A stretch of DNA of 42,965 nucleotides from a virus (taxonomy: Duplodnaviria > Caudoviricetes), in the IMG/VR virus record IMGVR_UViG_3300035544_000227, positions 1 through 42,965 of that record. One strand, written 5' to 3'. Numbering within the stretch: the stretch's first letter is position 1; every line of letters starts with the position of its first letter. Shown one piece after another: positions 16,264-26,933 of the stretch. The translations under genes and the position numbers were made by a program. The notes beneath the pieces were generated by a model. The model worked only from the letters and a program-made list of their open reading frames with translations, made no database searches and was not told the origin of the DNA.

Positions 16264-18662
16264 TGGCGAACAGCGACATCCAAATCAAGATCGAGGCCCT
16301 GAACAACGCCACGGCCGGGTTGCTTGCGGTGTCCAAGGATTTGAAGGGCATCTCGAAGGACACCGTCAAGGCTTCGAAAGGGATGGAGTCGTTTGATCTC
16401 AGCCTGAAAAAGATTGCCGCGACCGGTGGTATTGCCTTAGGTTTGAAGGAAATTATCCAGGGAATCGTCAACTTCGGAAAAGAGGCCTTCAACACCAGTT
16501 TGAAGGTCGAGCGTATTATCAAGCCCATCGAGGCGATCGAACAGGCGAACGCGCCCGTTGTTTTGAAGTACCTGCACGATGAAGCTGATAGGCTGGGTCA
16601 GAACTTTTATGACTTGGCGACGGCCTGGAGTCAGATGGACGCGGCGGCCAAAGGAACAGTCATGCAGGGGGAGCCCCTGCGGCGCATTTTCCAGGGTATC
16701 AACGAAGCAGCCGTTACTTTGTCTAAATCCGGCAGTGATGTGCAGGGCATGTTCTACGCCATTACGCAGATGATGTCGAAGGGCATGGTCTCGGCTGAAG
16801 AACTGCGCAGGCAGCTGGGCGAAAGATTGCCCGGAACGTTCCAGTTGGCGGCCGACTCGATGGGGGTCACAACGGCCCAGCTCGACAAGATGCTGGAACG
16901 CGGCGAACTGCTGGCCGTGGACCTGCTTCCCCGGCTGGGAGACGCCCTGCATGAGAAATACGGCAAGGCCGCTGTCGAAAGCGCATCGAAATCCCAAAAG
17001 GCCGTCAATAAATTCGACGAGGCCTGGACAGACCTAAAAAACAACCTGATTGACTCCGACCTCGCCGTGGGCGGCATTAACGCCGTGACCGCGGCGGTCA
17101 AGGGATTGAACGACACCATCCGGGATATGCCGTCGTGGGAGCATGTCGAAAACGCCCTGGAGAATGTCCCCGAGCAGTTAGCGAAGATCAACGCCGAACT
17201 TGAAAAAATCAATCGGAATGATCCCGAGGCCCGCCGCCGCGCTTCGCTCCGCAAATCATTTGCCCGCAATATTCCCGGTTCGTCTCCATACGGTCAGACC
17301 GGCGTCACCGATTCACTTGAGGCTCAGAAGCAGTATTATGAGGACATCGCAGATCTGCTTTACGCTGTGCGTCGATCCCTGAGCGCCATGACCTTGTCGA
17401 ATACGCCAGCCGAAATAGTTCCCGAGGAAAATCAGAACAGCCAAAAATATCTTTCCGCCCTGGCCGCCGTGCGTGAACAACTTTCCCTGATCGGCAAGAC
17501 CGGGGCTGAGCGGGAGCTGGCCCAGCTGAATCTTGAGTTCGAGAAGCAGGCCAAGGCTTTGGGCGCGAACAACGCCGAACTGATTAAGTTGCGGGACGCC
17601 AAAGCGGCCGCCATCCGCGAGAAGTGGGACAGCAAGGCCGCCGAGGAAGAGCTGGACCTGACCAAGCGCATCGAGCGGGCCACCCTTGAACGTTTTGAAG
17701 TGCAGCGGCGCGAGGCCAGGCGGACCTATGCCGAACTGAGGACCGAGGCTGAATCCAAGGGATGGGATACTTCCGGAATCGACGCCGGGCTCGTCCGAAC
17801 GCTCAAAGAGATATCCGCCGCCGAGAAGGAAGCTGCCGAGGGTCCTGGCCGGGAACTGCGCGAGGAGCTGGCCCGCATCGGTCTGGAAGGGCGGCGGCTG
17901 GCCCAGGTGAAGCTGGACCAGTGGATGGAACGGCTCAAGCGCGAGACCGGAGCCGTCACCCCGGAAATGCAGGCCCTGTACGACGCGCAACAGAAGCTGA
18001 TTGACGAGCAGTACAAGTGGGACGATTCCGGTGTCCTGGGCGGCCTGGGCAAGGGGTTCGAGGATTTCTCCACCAACGGCAAGACCACTTTCGAGAGTCT
18101 GGCCGACGCGGCCGAGGATGCCGGGGACAGTATCACCGATAGCCTGAACGACGCCCTTTGGGATGCGGACGCGACCTGGGACAACGTCTTCAAATCCTGG
18201 ATGATGGACCTTACGCGCATGGCCATCCGGGAGAACATCACCAAGCCCATCTTTTCCGGCCTCAGCTCGTTCCTGGGGTTTGTCCAGCACGAAGGCGGCC
18301 CGGTCGGCTCCGGCCCGGCCAGGCTGGTGCCCGAGGCCACCTTTAACGGCGCTCGGCGGTACCATTCCGGCGGGTCCGTCCTGGGAACCGGCGAGGTCCC
18401 GATCATCGCCAAAGCGGGCGAAATCGTTTTGAACGCGGCCCAGCAGGCGAACGTGGCCGAGGGGCTGGGGAATTCGAAAGCTGCCCCCGTCATCGTCCAA
18501 CTCTACGGCCAGGATGGGCGGAAGCTGTTGGAGACCTCGGCCATGCCGCAATCTTCCGGCGGTGCGCTGGTCAGCAAGCAGGATGTGGCCATTCTGTTCA
18601 TGCAGGCCGCGAACGAGAACACCGCCGGGCTGACCAACTTCTTGAAGAGCGGAGGGTTCTAG
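16263..18662 (+). CDS. Tape measure protein
   Basis: QMMSKGMVSAEELRRQLGERLPG domain, long helical region, C-terminal YHSGG...GEVPIIAKAGEIVL. Confidence 0.92.
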   Translation: MANSDIQIKIEALNNATAGLLAVSKDLKGISKDTVKASKGMESFDLSLKKIAATGGIALGLKEIIQGIVNFGKEAFNTSLKVERIIKPIEAIEQANAPVVLKYLHDEADRLGQNFYDLATAWSQMDAAAKGTVMQGEPLRRIFQGINEAAVTLSKSGSDVQGMFYAITQMMSKGMVSAEELRRQLGERLPGTFQLAADSMGVTTAQLDKMLERGELLAVDLLPRLGDALHEKYGKAAVESASKSQKAVNKFDEAWTDLKNNLIDSDLAVGGINAVTAAVKGLNDTIRDMPSWEHVENALENVPEQLAKINAELEKINRNDPEARRRASLRKSFARNIPGSSPYGQTGVTDSLEAQKQYYEDIADLLYAVRRSLSAMTLSNTPAEIVPEENQNSQKYLSALAAVREQLSLIGKTGAERELAQLNLEFEKQAKALGANNAELIKLRDAKAAAIREKWDSKAAEEELDLTKRIERATLERFEVQRREARRTYAELRTEAESKGWDTSGIDAGLVRTLKEISAAEKEAAEGPGRELREELARIGLEGRRLAQVKLDQWMERLKRETGAVTPEMQALYDAQQKLIDEQYKWDDSGVLGGLGKGFEDFSTNGKTTFESLADAAEDAGDSITDSLNDALWDADATWDNVFKSWMMDLTRMAIRENITKPIFSGLSSFLGFVQHEGGPVGSGPARLVPEATFNGARRYHSGGSVLGTGEVPIIAKAGEIVLNAAQQANVAEGLGNSKAAPVIVQLYGQDGRKLLETSAMPQSSGGALVSKQDVAILFMQAANENTAGLTNFLKSGGF

Positions 18663-19022
18663 ATGGCCGCCGACTTCCCCGATATCCCCGGGCCGGCCAA
18701 GATCACCGGCGCAGGCGTGGACGATCCGTTCCTCGAGAATACCTTCGAGTCCGGCGACGAGCAGGTGCGGCCCATTTTCACCAAGCCCCGGCGCAAGGAG
18801 ATGACCCTGACCTGGGACGCCAACGGTCCTTTGACCTTGGCCCAGAAAAACGCCCTGGTTTCCCACCGCGAAACTGTCCGGGGGGACTCTTTCAGTTTCA
18901 CGCATCCTGTTTCGGGCGTGGTCATGACCTGCCGCTACGTTTCGGATGGCGTGACTTGGGACGAGGACGCGGGCCAAAAAGGGTTGTACCAGGTCAAGGC
19001 CGTGCTGAAGGAGATCGTGTAG
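18663..19022 (+). CDS. Distal tail protein (gpM-like)
   Basis: FESGDEQVR, SFSFTHP motifs; position after tape measure. Confidence 0.65.
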   Translation: MAADFPDIPGPAKITGAGVDDPFLENTFESGDEQVRPIFTKPRRKEMTLTWDANGPLTLAQKNALVSHRETVRGDSFSFTHPVSGVVMTCRYVSDGVTWDEDAGQKGLYQVKAVLKEIV

Positions 19023-19646
19023 ATGCCGCTCGAAACCAGCCTTGCCCATATTGAAGAGCGCAACAAGCAGTATGGAGGCGCGGCCTACGTCTGTTTGTTG
19101 GAAATTGTATTGCCCACCGGGGTTACGTTGCGGCTGGCTCGTAATAACGATGACGTTTCCTGGGAAGGGGAGACCTGGCAGAAATTCAACTTCGAGTTGG
19201 ACGACGTCGACGAATCCACCAACGCGGAGGCCAGGAAGCTGACCATCAAGGTGGGCAACGCCACGCGGGCCATCCTGCGCTACGTCGAGGAGTTGGACGT
19301 CTGGCGCAAGATCAACGGCAACATTTCGTGCGCCCTGCGGCTGCTGATGGTCTCCACGGGCGTGGCCGAGGCCGAGGGGCCTGTGGGCGAGTGGTACTTT
19401 GACGATCGGGGCATCAGCGCGCCCAAGCCCGGAGACTGGGTGTTTTTCAAGGTCGGCGGCGAATCGTTCCTAACCAGACAGGTGCCTCGCCGGGCCATCG
19501 TGCGCGACTTCTGCGGATGGGAGTCCACGGTGGATTGCCCCTATGTGGCCACCTGCGCCCGGACCCTGGCCGCGTGCGAGGCGAACGGCCGGCTGGAGAA
19601 GAACGGCGGATTCCCCATGGTCGAACAGGGGGCCATCCATGGCTAA
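19023..19646 (+). CDS. Minor tail protein (gpL-like)
   Basis: LRLARNNDDVSWEG; C-terminal four-Cys cluster C...C...CARTLAAC...GGFP as in gpL. Confidence 0.7.
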   Translation: MPLETSLAHIEERNKQYGGAAYVCLLEIVLPTGVTLRLARNNDDVSWEGETWQKFNFELDDVDESTNAEARKLTIKVGNATRAILRYVEELDVWRKINGNISCALRLLMVSTGVAEAEGPVGEWYFDDRGISAPKPGDWVFFKVGGESFLTRQVPRRAIVRDFCGWESTVDCPYVATCARTLAACEANGRLEKNGGFPMVEQGAIHG

Positions 19647-22600
19647 GTCGCTGGTGTCCGAACTGCTGTTTTCCCGGTTCGTCGATGGCGGGCGCGGTGA
19701 GAAGGACGCTGAAGGCGTCCACGGGTTCGACTGTTGGGGCGGGGTTATGGCCGCTTTTCGGCGGTACGAGGTGGAGGTTCCGGATTTCCATGAACACCCG
19801 GACAACCCGATCGGCATCGGGGCTATCTTCGAGGAGCAGGCTGTCTCCGGTCTGTGGGAGCGCCTGGATAAGCCGGAGGCCCCGTGTCTGGTGGTCATGT
19901 CCACCAGCCTGCGGCATCCCCAGGCGTGCAACCACTTCGGGGTCTACGTGGGCGGCGGCAAGTTTTTTCACATGCAGCGCAAGCGCGGGCCGCACCTGGA
20001 CAAGCTGGACGCCCCGCCCTGGCCGAGGTGCGTCAAGTCGTTCTGGCGGTGGCGCGGCGGCGATCCCGTGGAGGTGGTCCGCACCGGGCCCATGATCCCG
20101 GAAGGGCAGGCCATGGTGGTCTTCATGCCCAATTTCATGGACCCCAAGACCAAAACCATCGAGTTCGTGACACCTGGCCGGTCCGTGGCCGCCTATTGCC
20201 CGTCTCCGGCCGAGGTGCACGGCGTGCTGGACGTGTCAGGGTGTCTGGAACTGTGCGCGGTGCTCAATGGCAGATTGCTGACCCCGGATGAAGAGCGTTC
20301 GCAGACCCTGCGAGCAGGTGACTGCCTGTTCTTCAAGGTGGTGCCGCATGGCGGCGGTGGCGACGGGAAAAACCCCCTGGCCATGGTCGCGTCCATTGCG
20401 CTGATGGTCGTGGCACCCTATCTTTCCAGTTCGATCATGGGGCTGACCGGAGCCTGGGGCATCACCTCGGCCGGGATCATGCTGGCCGACGCCTTGCCCG
20501 GGGTTATTGGTTTGGGTGGGTCCATCCTGGTCAACGCCGTGCTGCCATCGTCGTCCGCATCCACCGGGATAACCCCAACGAAGGCCCTGGAAGAGTCGGC
20601 CACCTACGGCTGGGGCGTGGAGACAAACCCGACCAGGAACGGCAGCCCCGTGCCCATCCTGTGGGGCGAAAAGGTCGGCATCGCCCCGTTTTTGCTCGCC
20701 CGGTACATCGAGACGGACGGGGACAAGCAGTATCTGAACATGCTGTTCCTGGTGGCCGAGGGGCCCCTGGACGCCGAGGGTGGCATCGATGACATCCTGA
20801 TCGAGGACAACCCGATAGCGAACTACTCGGACGTGGAGTTCGAGACCCGGTTGGGAACGGCCGAGCAGACACCCATCAAGTGGTTCAACGATACGATTTC
20901 CGAGCGGGCCGTTTCGGTCAAGCTGTCTTCGGAGTGGTACCAGTTCGACGGCCTGGGCACGGCCATCGAGGCGCTGGGCGTGGGTGTGACATGGCCCTAT
21001 GGCCTGGGTGCAGGCGGCTCGAGCTACAACCTCAATCCCGTGACCATGACCGTGGAGGTCGAGATCCGCACGGACGGGGGCGCGTGGACAGAGTTCGGCA
21101 CCTTTGTGGTCACGGGCTCGCAGTCTACGGCTTTGCGCCGGTTCTGGCGGGTTAATGATTTGACCCCGGGCAAGCAGGACATCCGCGTGCGGCTGTCCGA
21201 GGACCCGCCCACGGGCACCCAGTACCTGACCGACTGCTATTTGGAATATACCCAGGAGATCATCCCCGACGATTTTGCCCTGCCGCACTCCGCGCTGCTG
21301 GGCATCCGCGCCCTGGCCACGGATCAGCTTTCAGGGTCCCGGCCTCAGGTCACGCTCACCGGCCGCCGGTCCACAGTCCAGGTTTGGGACCCGGACGCCG
21401 ACGACTATGTGGATAAGGCCGCCAACAATATGGCCTGGATGGCCTGGGACCTGGCCCACCACTACCGCTACGGCGGGGCGGTGCCGGTCGATCGCATTGT
21501 CTACAATGAGTTCGCCAATGCCGCCGAGTGGTGCGACATCAAGGGCATCACCGGGTCGCTGTACCTGGACCAGCTGGTGGATATCCAGACCGCGTGGGAC
21601 TACATGGGCCGTTTCGGGCGGTTCCAGGTGGTACCCACGGGCACCAGGGTGGGGTGCGTTTGCGACCGTCCGGTGGAATACCCCGATCAGTCGCTGGTGG
21701 TGACCGAGGCCAACGTCCTGGCCGGAACATACGGGCAGTCTTACATGGACACGGCCGACCGAGCGGACGCCATCCGCGTGACCTATTTCGATCCGGTCAA
21801 GGGCAGGACCACCTTCCTGGTGGTATCCGAGTTCTACGGGTCCATCACCGGCCGAGCTCCGCGCGTGCGCGAAGAGACCCTGTACTGCTGCAACAACTAT
21901 CAACTCGCCTGGGCCTGGGCCGTGTTCATGCTGCGGTGTAACCGCTACCTGACATGCACGGTCAATCTGGACATGTCCGTGGAGGCCATAGGGGCCCTGC
22001 CGGGCGATGTCATCCAGGTGGGCACCGTGTTCGGATCACAGACCGCCCGGGTAACCGCCGGGTCCTCAACGGGTTTGGTGCGGCTCAACGCTACGGTGAC
22101 GCTGGAGTCGGGCAAATCCTACAAACTGTGGGTCAAGCACCCGGACCGACAGAGCGCGGACACAGGCCAGGAGCTGGTGGAGACAGCGGACGTGACCGGC
22201 GTGCTCGAGGAGACTGTCACGGACGCCCTGTTTATCTCCGGCGTGTTGAACTACGCGCCTTCAGAGGGCGCGGTGGTGGCCTTTGGGGAACCGACCACCA
22301 CGGTCAAGTGGTATCGCGTCGTGTCCATCAATCGCTCCGGCCTCTCCAAGCTGCGGCGTGAGATTTCCGCACTGGAATACGCCGATGAGGTCTACGCGGA
22401 TGAGGGGGTGGCGCCGTCGCTGGATACGGCGGCCACGGGAGCGGGTGTATCCGGATTGCAGGCGGGCATCTTCGACCGCTTCGAGGATGGTCTGGCGAAA
22501 AAGGTTGTCTCGCTCTGGTGGCGCGGTTTCGCCGTGTCCTGGACCGTTTACCAGCGCCGCCCCGGCCAGACCCCGTGGAAGAAAGTCGGCACCACCAGCA

Positions 22601-22824
22601 ACCCGGAGATGGACATCTACAATTTGGCCATGGGTTACGAATATGAATTTGCCGTAACAGCCATGACTACGCCGTCCAGCGGCGAATCTGTAACCCTGAA
22701 TTTCTCGGGCGAGGGCACCGGTATGCTCCAGGCGGTCACCGCCCTCAATGATGAAACGGGCATGTACGACACGGTCACAGTGACCGTGGACGGCGTGCGC
22801 TTCACCGTGGAGGTCTTGATCTAA
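19639..22824 (+). CDS. Tail tip protein: NlpC/P60 (gpK-like) + gpI-like + gpJ-like fusion
   Basis: GFDCWG...NHFGVYVGGGKFFH; PHGGGG plus hydrophobic segment; GSPVPILWG, N.AW..WDL, LPGDVI, ISALEY; single ORF. Confidence 0.85.
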   Translation: MAKSLVSELLFSRFVDGGRGEKDAEGVHGFDCWGGVMAAFRRYEVEVPDFHEHPDNPIGIGAIFEEQAVSGLWERLDKPEAPCLVVMSTSLRHPQACNHFGVYVGGGKFFHMQRKRGPHLDKLDAPPWPRCVKSFWRWRGGDPVEVVRTGPMIPEGQAMVVFMPNFMDPKTKTIEFVTPGRSVAAYCPSPAEVHGVLDVSGCLELCAVLNGRLLTPDEERSQTLRAGDCLFFKVVPHGGGGDGKNPLAMVASIALMVVAPYLSSSIMGLTGAWGITSAGIMLADALPGVIGLGGSILVNAVLPSSSASTGITPTKALEESATYGWGVETNPTRNGSPVPILWGEKVGIAPFLLARYIETDGDKQYLNMLFLVAEGPLDAEGGIDDILIEDNPIANYSDVEFETRLGTAEQTPIKWFNDTISERAVSVKLSSEWYQFDGLGTAIEALGVGVTWPYGLGAGGSSYNLNPVTMTVEVEIRTDGGAWTEFGTFVVTGSQSTALRRFWRVNDLTPGKQDIRVRLSEDPPTGTQYLTDCYLEYTQEIIPDDFALPHSALLGIRALATDQLSGSRPQVTLTGRRSTVQVWDPDADDYVDKAANNMAWMAWDLAHHYRYGGAVPVDRIVYNEFANAAEWCDIKGITGSLYLDQLVDIQTAWDYMGRFGRFQVVPTGTRVGCVCDRPVEYPDQSLVVTEANVLAGTYGQSYMDTADRADAIRVTYFDPVKGRTTFLVVSEFYGSITGRAPRVREETLYCCNNYQLAWAWAVFMLRCNRYLTCTVNLDMSVEAIGALPGDVIQVGTVFGSQTARVTAGSSTGLVRLNATVTLESGKSYKLWVKHPDRQSADTGQELVETADVTGVLEETVTDALFISGVLNYAPSEGAVVAFGEPTTTVKWYRVVSINRSGLSKLRREISALEYADEVYADEGVAPSLDTAATGAGVSGLQAGIFDRFEDGLAKKVVSLWWRGFAVSWTVYQRRPGQTPWKKVGTTSNPEMDIYNLAMGYEYEFAVTAMTTPSSGESVTLNFSGEGTGMLQAVTALNDETGMYDTVTVTVDGVRFTVEVLI

Positions 22825-23684
22825 TGGCTGAGCATAAAGATTTGACTGGTGACAAACTGCATACCCCGTTTCGATGGGTATTTGTTGACGAGGCTGAGAG
22901 ATTGGCTGAGTCCGTGACTGCGGACGACGTGAACAAGATTGCCCTGCAGCTCAGCAATTACACCCTTTGGTACCTGGAGAGTCATTCCCCAGCCCAATGG
23001 GAGGTGTTGGGCTCCATCCCGGTTATCACTACCCAGGGTGACCTGATCATCGGCGATTCCGAGGGGTCGCCAATCCGGTTCGCCGCTGGTACCAACGGAC
23101 AGCTGTTATACTACTACAACGGGACTCTAGTGAAGATGGCCGCCGGGGCCGAGGGGCAGGCGCCGCTGTTTACCGCAGACGGTCATCTCGCGCCGGGCGA
23201 TGTGTACGGCGAGTGGATGGTCGTCGACACTGTGGACATCAGTTCGCCAATGGCCAACATTTCGTTCGAAGGCCTGGACGGGTCATCCTTTGATTACAAA
23301 ATAGAGATTGAGGGGTTGTATGGCACCGGCACTGGTGATGCATATCTCGACCTCGGGTATGGGGGAACCCCAACATACGTAACGTCTGGATGGGCCATGG
23401 ATGGAGAGGCGTTCGCGAGCGACAATCCCCTTATGTTGTTTATCGTCTCCGGGGTAGCCTACAACTCGGCTTTTGGAACCATAAAGGTACTGTCGCACGC
23501 GAACACCAATCCCTGCGTTTTTTACCACATCTCTGCGACTGGTGGCGGAGGAATAAACGTGGATTACTCTGGGCCAACCACCGCCAGATGGACTCAACTT
23601 GATACGATAACGGCAATCAGGCTCAGGCATAGCACGAACACTTTTGTTGGCGGGCGAGTCGTGCTCAAAAGCCGCGCTAAATAA
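22824..23684 (+). CDS. Tail fibre-like protein
   Basis: TTQGDLIIG...GTNGQLL fibre repeat; C-terminal ITAIRL...FVGGRVVL domain; position after gpJ. Confidence 0.6.
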   Translation: MAEHKDLTGDKLHTPFRWVFVDEAERLAESVTADDVNKIALQLSNYTLWYLESHSPAQWEVLGSIPVITTQGDLIIGDSEGSPIRFAAGTNGQLLYYYNGTLVKMAAGAEGQAPLFTADGHLAPGDVYGEWMVVDTVDISSPMANISFEGLDGSSFDYKIEIEGLYGTGTGDAYLDLGYGGTPTYVTSGWAMDGEAFASDNPLMLFIVSGVAYNSAFGTIKVLSHANTNPCVFYHISATGGGGINVDYSGPTTARWTQLDTITAIRLRHSTNTFVGGRVVLKSRAK

Positions 23685-23710
23685 TTGGCTGTGTTGGGAG
23701 GCGTGTAGTT

Positions 23711-23881
23711 GTGGCCCGATATGGACGATGCGCCTTTTTTAAGCGAGTCCACGCCCGACACGTCCAGATGGGCAAGGATCGCGGCTACGGGTTCCGCAAG
23801 CGGCACCGGTGGGCACGCAGGCTAGACGAATGGTGGCTGGATTTCTGGAACGCAAAGAGAGAGTGTGATGGCGACAGTTGA
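23711..23881 (+). CDS. Possible small basic protein (56 aa), below the ORF-track cutoff
   Basis: GGGAGG then GTG; fills the gap and overlaps the next start; VARYGRCAFF...RRLDEWWLDFWNAKRECDGDS. Confidence 0.35.
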   Translation: MARYGRCAFFKRVHARHVQMGKDRGYGFRKRHRWARRLDEWWLDFWNAKRECDGDS

Positions 23882-26546
23882 AAGTGTTCTTGTCGATGTA
23901 GGCGCAAGCGGCGGCCATGATTTCATATCGTTGCCTGAGGCGATAGCCTTTATCCTGGCCAATGATCCCGACATGGTGACCAACAATACCATCTGGGACA
24001 TCAGAACCAAGACGTCTGGCGACAACAACGCCGACACCGGAAATATCTCTTTTGCGGGTATTAATACGGGACCGGAAAACTACATAAAAATTCGACCTGA
24101 ACCGGGCCAGGAGCATGGCGGGTACTGGAATAACAATGTCTACCGTTTTGAGGCCGGGAATGGCGATGCATTTTCGCTGCAAGACGGAACATGTGTTGAT
24201 CTCCTGGATCTTCAGATCAAGACTTCCACCGCCAGCGGGAAGAGGGGTATACGGGCCGTCGGCAGTTTGGGCCTGACCATCCAGCGATGTCTTCTCAATG
24301 CTGCGCACCAGCAGTATCATAACGGCCTGATCGTTCTGTCCTACGGCTACGGGGCATCGATGGTCCGCGACACCATCATCAAAAACAACGTGCTCCTGCT
24401 GCATTCCAGCACCAGCTACGGAATTGGCATGGATGTTGGGTATAACGGGACACTCGGTGCGGAAGCCTGTATCGCCAACAACTTGGTGCGCGGCGGCGGC
24501 GCTACCGGCATAAAGACGGACTACGCCACAGTCCATTGGTGCCTCAAAAACAACCTCGTCGTCGACGCGGCCACCTGCTTCAACGTGGCCGGGCAGAACA
24601 ATGCCGACCGCAACGTCTCCTCGGACAACACCGCGCCTGGGACAACTAATTACCGGAACGCTTCGATTGTTTTCAATTCCGGGACGTATATTCCCGACTC
24701 CTCGACCGTGGCGAAAGGTAACGGCGCCAACCTGTCCAGCCTGTTTACGGATGACCTTGTCGGGGACATCAGGCCGGAGACCGGGGATTGGGATATCGGC
24801 GCACAGATTATCCCGTCCGGTGTTTCGGTCACTGTCGTTGATCCGACCGAGCGGATTGTGTACCCGCGTAGCGGTAGCAGCCGCGTGATGACCTTCAGCG
24901 GGACATACTCCGGGACACCCGGCACAATCCAGGCGCGGGTGGTCGACCATGGCACGGATACGCCTGTGTCTGGCCTGGACTGGCAGACCATAGACGATGC
25001 CCCGGATGGAGGAACATGGTCCGGGTCACTGACCGTCCCGGCGGGCGGCTGGTACAACATCGACGTGCGCTTCTCGAGCGACACCGGAGTGGTCTACAAC
25101 GGGTCCAACCGCTGGGGCGTCGGCGACGTCTTTATCCTCTACGGGCAGTCTCAGATGGAGTATCTGTGGTGGTACGATTCGGTGTCGAACCCGACGTTCT
25201 CTGTCAACGATCTGGCCTCGCTCAACATCGCCGGGGCAAGTACCTACGCGCTTCCGGCCAGCAATCGTTTTATCAACGAGTTCTTCAACCGAGTCATCGC
25301 CCAGACGGGTTATCCCGTCATGGTCATTGGCGCGGCAAAGTCATCCCAGTCGATACTATCGCTGTCCAAGGGCTCGGGCACTCCATACTACGACAATCTG
25401 ATTGCCTCGGCCAACGCCGTGGGTGCGGGCACAGTCTTCTATAACCAAGGCACTCAGGACATCTACGACGAGACGCCACGCGCCACGTACCGGTCACGGA
25501 TGGACCAGCTTGTGGCCGATCTGGACGCCGATCTCACGGCGGATTTCAAGTTTGGCCTGTCGGTCCTCGCGAACACCACCGCCGGCACGTCCGATGCGGT
25601 GGTGCACAACGTGCGCGGCCCGCAAATAGACTTCCTCTTAGACAACCCGTCCACTCTGAACCTGGGCACCGATCAGGATATCCCTTTGGGCACCGATGAC
25701 GGCGTGCATTACAACAATTCTGGCAACGTGATCAATTGCCGCCGCATGGCCCTGGCCGCGCTCAAGCATCTGGGCATAGCGGCGTACGATGCCACGGGTC
25801 CTGAGTTGAGTTCGTTCGTTTACAACGTCACGGCTAAGACGGTGACCTTCAACTACGCCATGAATGGCGGCACCGCGCTCGCGATATTCGACGGCGACAG
25901 CAATCCCGACGCCATCGAGATATTCGGAAACGGCGTGGCAGCCCAGCCCGACTCATGGACGGTCAGCGGCACGCAGATCGTGGGCACCTACAACACGGCG
26001 CTGCCCGCGCTTCCTATCACGGCCCGCATCGCCTACGGCATCGCCCCGGATGACTATCCCTGGGTCAACGTGCGCGACAATACGGAGTTTGCTGTCGAGG
26101 GGCTGCCGATACCGCCTACCGATGGCGAGATAACCGCAACGGAGGCTTCCTCAGAGGTCGTCATCGACCTGCCCATCATCGTGTCCATGACGGCCGCCGT
26201 GGACGTGGCCCTGGAGAAGGTGGTGGAACTGTCCGTCAGCGTGTCCGGCGAGCTCGGCTTGGAGGCCGCGTTGGAAAAGGCCGTTGAACTGCCCGTGTCC
26301 ACCTTGATGGACATTTCCGAGGACATCCTTTTCGAGAAGGTTATCGAGTCGTCCGTTGCAGTGTTGGCCGAATCTGGGGTGGATGTCGGTGTGGAAAAGG
26401 TCGTGGACCTCCCGGTGGACGTATCCCTGGCCGTGACCGTGGATGTGGATATACAGCTCGTGACCGGGGTGACCATTCATCGGCGGGTCGTGCTGCCGGC
26501 CAACGCGCAGCGGCACATCATCATCAACGCAAACATAGGAGATTGA
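23868..26546 (+). CDS. Tail spike-like protein with beta-helix-like N-terminus, SGNH/SASA (sialate O-acetylesterase-like) domain and C-terminal 20-aa repeats
   Basis: GDVFILYGQSQM, YNQG..D, DDGVHY catalytic-type motifs; NN-rich beta-helix pattern; EKVVEL-type repeats. Confidence 0.75.
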   Translation: MATVESVLVDVGASGGHDFISLPEAIAFILANDPDMVTNNTIWDIRTKTSGDNNADTGNISFAGINTGPENYIKIRPEPGQEHGGYWNNNVYRFEAGNGDAFSLQDGTCVDLLDLQIKTSTASGKRGIRAVGSLGLTIQRCLLNAAHQQYHNGLIVLSYGYGASMVRDTIIKNNVLLLHSSTSYGIGMDVGYNGTLGAEACIANNLVRGGGATGIKTDYATVHWCLKNNLVVDAATCFNVAGQNNADRNVSSDNTAPGTTNYRNASIVFNSGTYIPDSSTVAKGNGANLSSLFTDDLVGDIRPETGDWDIGAQIIPSGVSVTVVDPTERIVYPRSGSSRVMTFSGTYSGTPGTIQARVVDHGTDTPVSGLDWQTIDDAPDGGTWSGSLTVPAGGWYNIDVRFSSDTGVVYNGSNRWGVGDVFILYGQSQMEYLWWYDSVSNPTFSVNDLASLNIAGASTYALPASNRFINEFFNRVIAQTGYPVMVIGAAKSSQSILSLSKGSGTPYYDNLIASANAVGAGTVFYNQGTQDIYDETPRATYRSRMDQLVADLDADLTADFKFGLSVLANTTAGTSDAVVHNVRGPQIDFLLDNPSTLNLGTDQDIPLGTDDGVHYNNSGNVINCRRMALAALKHLGIAAYDATGPELSSFVYNVTAKTVTFNYAMNGGTALAIFDGDSNPDAIEIFGNGVAAQPDSWTVSGTQIVGTYNTALPALPITARIAYGIAPDDYPWVNVRDNTEFAVEGLPIPPTDGEITATEASSEVVIDLPIIVSMTAAVDVALEKVVELSVSVSGELGLEAALEKAVELPVSTLMDISEDILFEKVIESSVAVLAESGVDVGVEKVVDLPVDVSLAVTVDVDIQLVTGVTIHRRVVLPANAQRHIIINANIGD
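26154..26453 (+). repeat. Five tandem 20-aa coding repeats
   Basis: EVVIDLPIIVSMTAAVDVAL / EKVVELSVSVSGELGLEAAL / EKAVELPVSTLMDISEDILF / EKVIESSVAVLAESGVDVGV / EKVVDLPVDVSLAVTVDVDI. Confidence 0.8.
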
Positions 26547-26548
26547 TC

Positions 26549-26923
26549 ATGGCTATCCAGTTACAGTTTTTCGCGGCTGGTTTAAATCAGGTTTTGGACG
26601 GCGGCCTGCCGGATACCGTTTACCTGTCGGCCCATTCCTCCGACCCCGGCACCACCGGGGCCAATGAACTGTCCGGCGGCCGCTACGTCCGGGCCGCCAC
26701 CGTGATGGGCGCGGCCGCAGCCGGGGTACGCGAGTCCACGGACAATCCGTACATCCCGGCCAATCCTGGCGACAGCGCGACCCATGTCTGCATGTGGGAC
26801 GCGGCGACGGGCGGCAACTGCCTGGGTGGGTCCCAGATTAACGGCGACGGCAGCCTGGAGACGTCGGGGCAGAATTTCCGGTTCAACGTGCCGGTGTCCG
26901 TGGCCGTGGCCAACCCGGCGTAG
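26549..26923 (+). CDS. Small virion structural protein (tail-fibre associated)
   Basis: VYLSAHSSDPGTTGANELSGGRYVR...HVCMWDAATGGNCL pattern common in phage tail modules. Confidence 0.6.
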   Translation: MAIQLQFFAAGLNQVLDGGLPDTVYLSAHSSDPGTTGANELSGGRYVRAATVMGAAAAGVRESTDNPYIPANPGDSATHVCMWDAATGGNCLGGSQINGDGSLETSGQNFRFNVPVSVAVANPA

Positions 26924-26933
26924 GGGGGCGATC

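Noticed and set aside
17313-19049. 578-aa minus-strand ORF
   Set aside because: Antisense to the tape measure gene; no independent evidence
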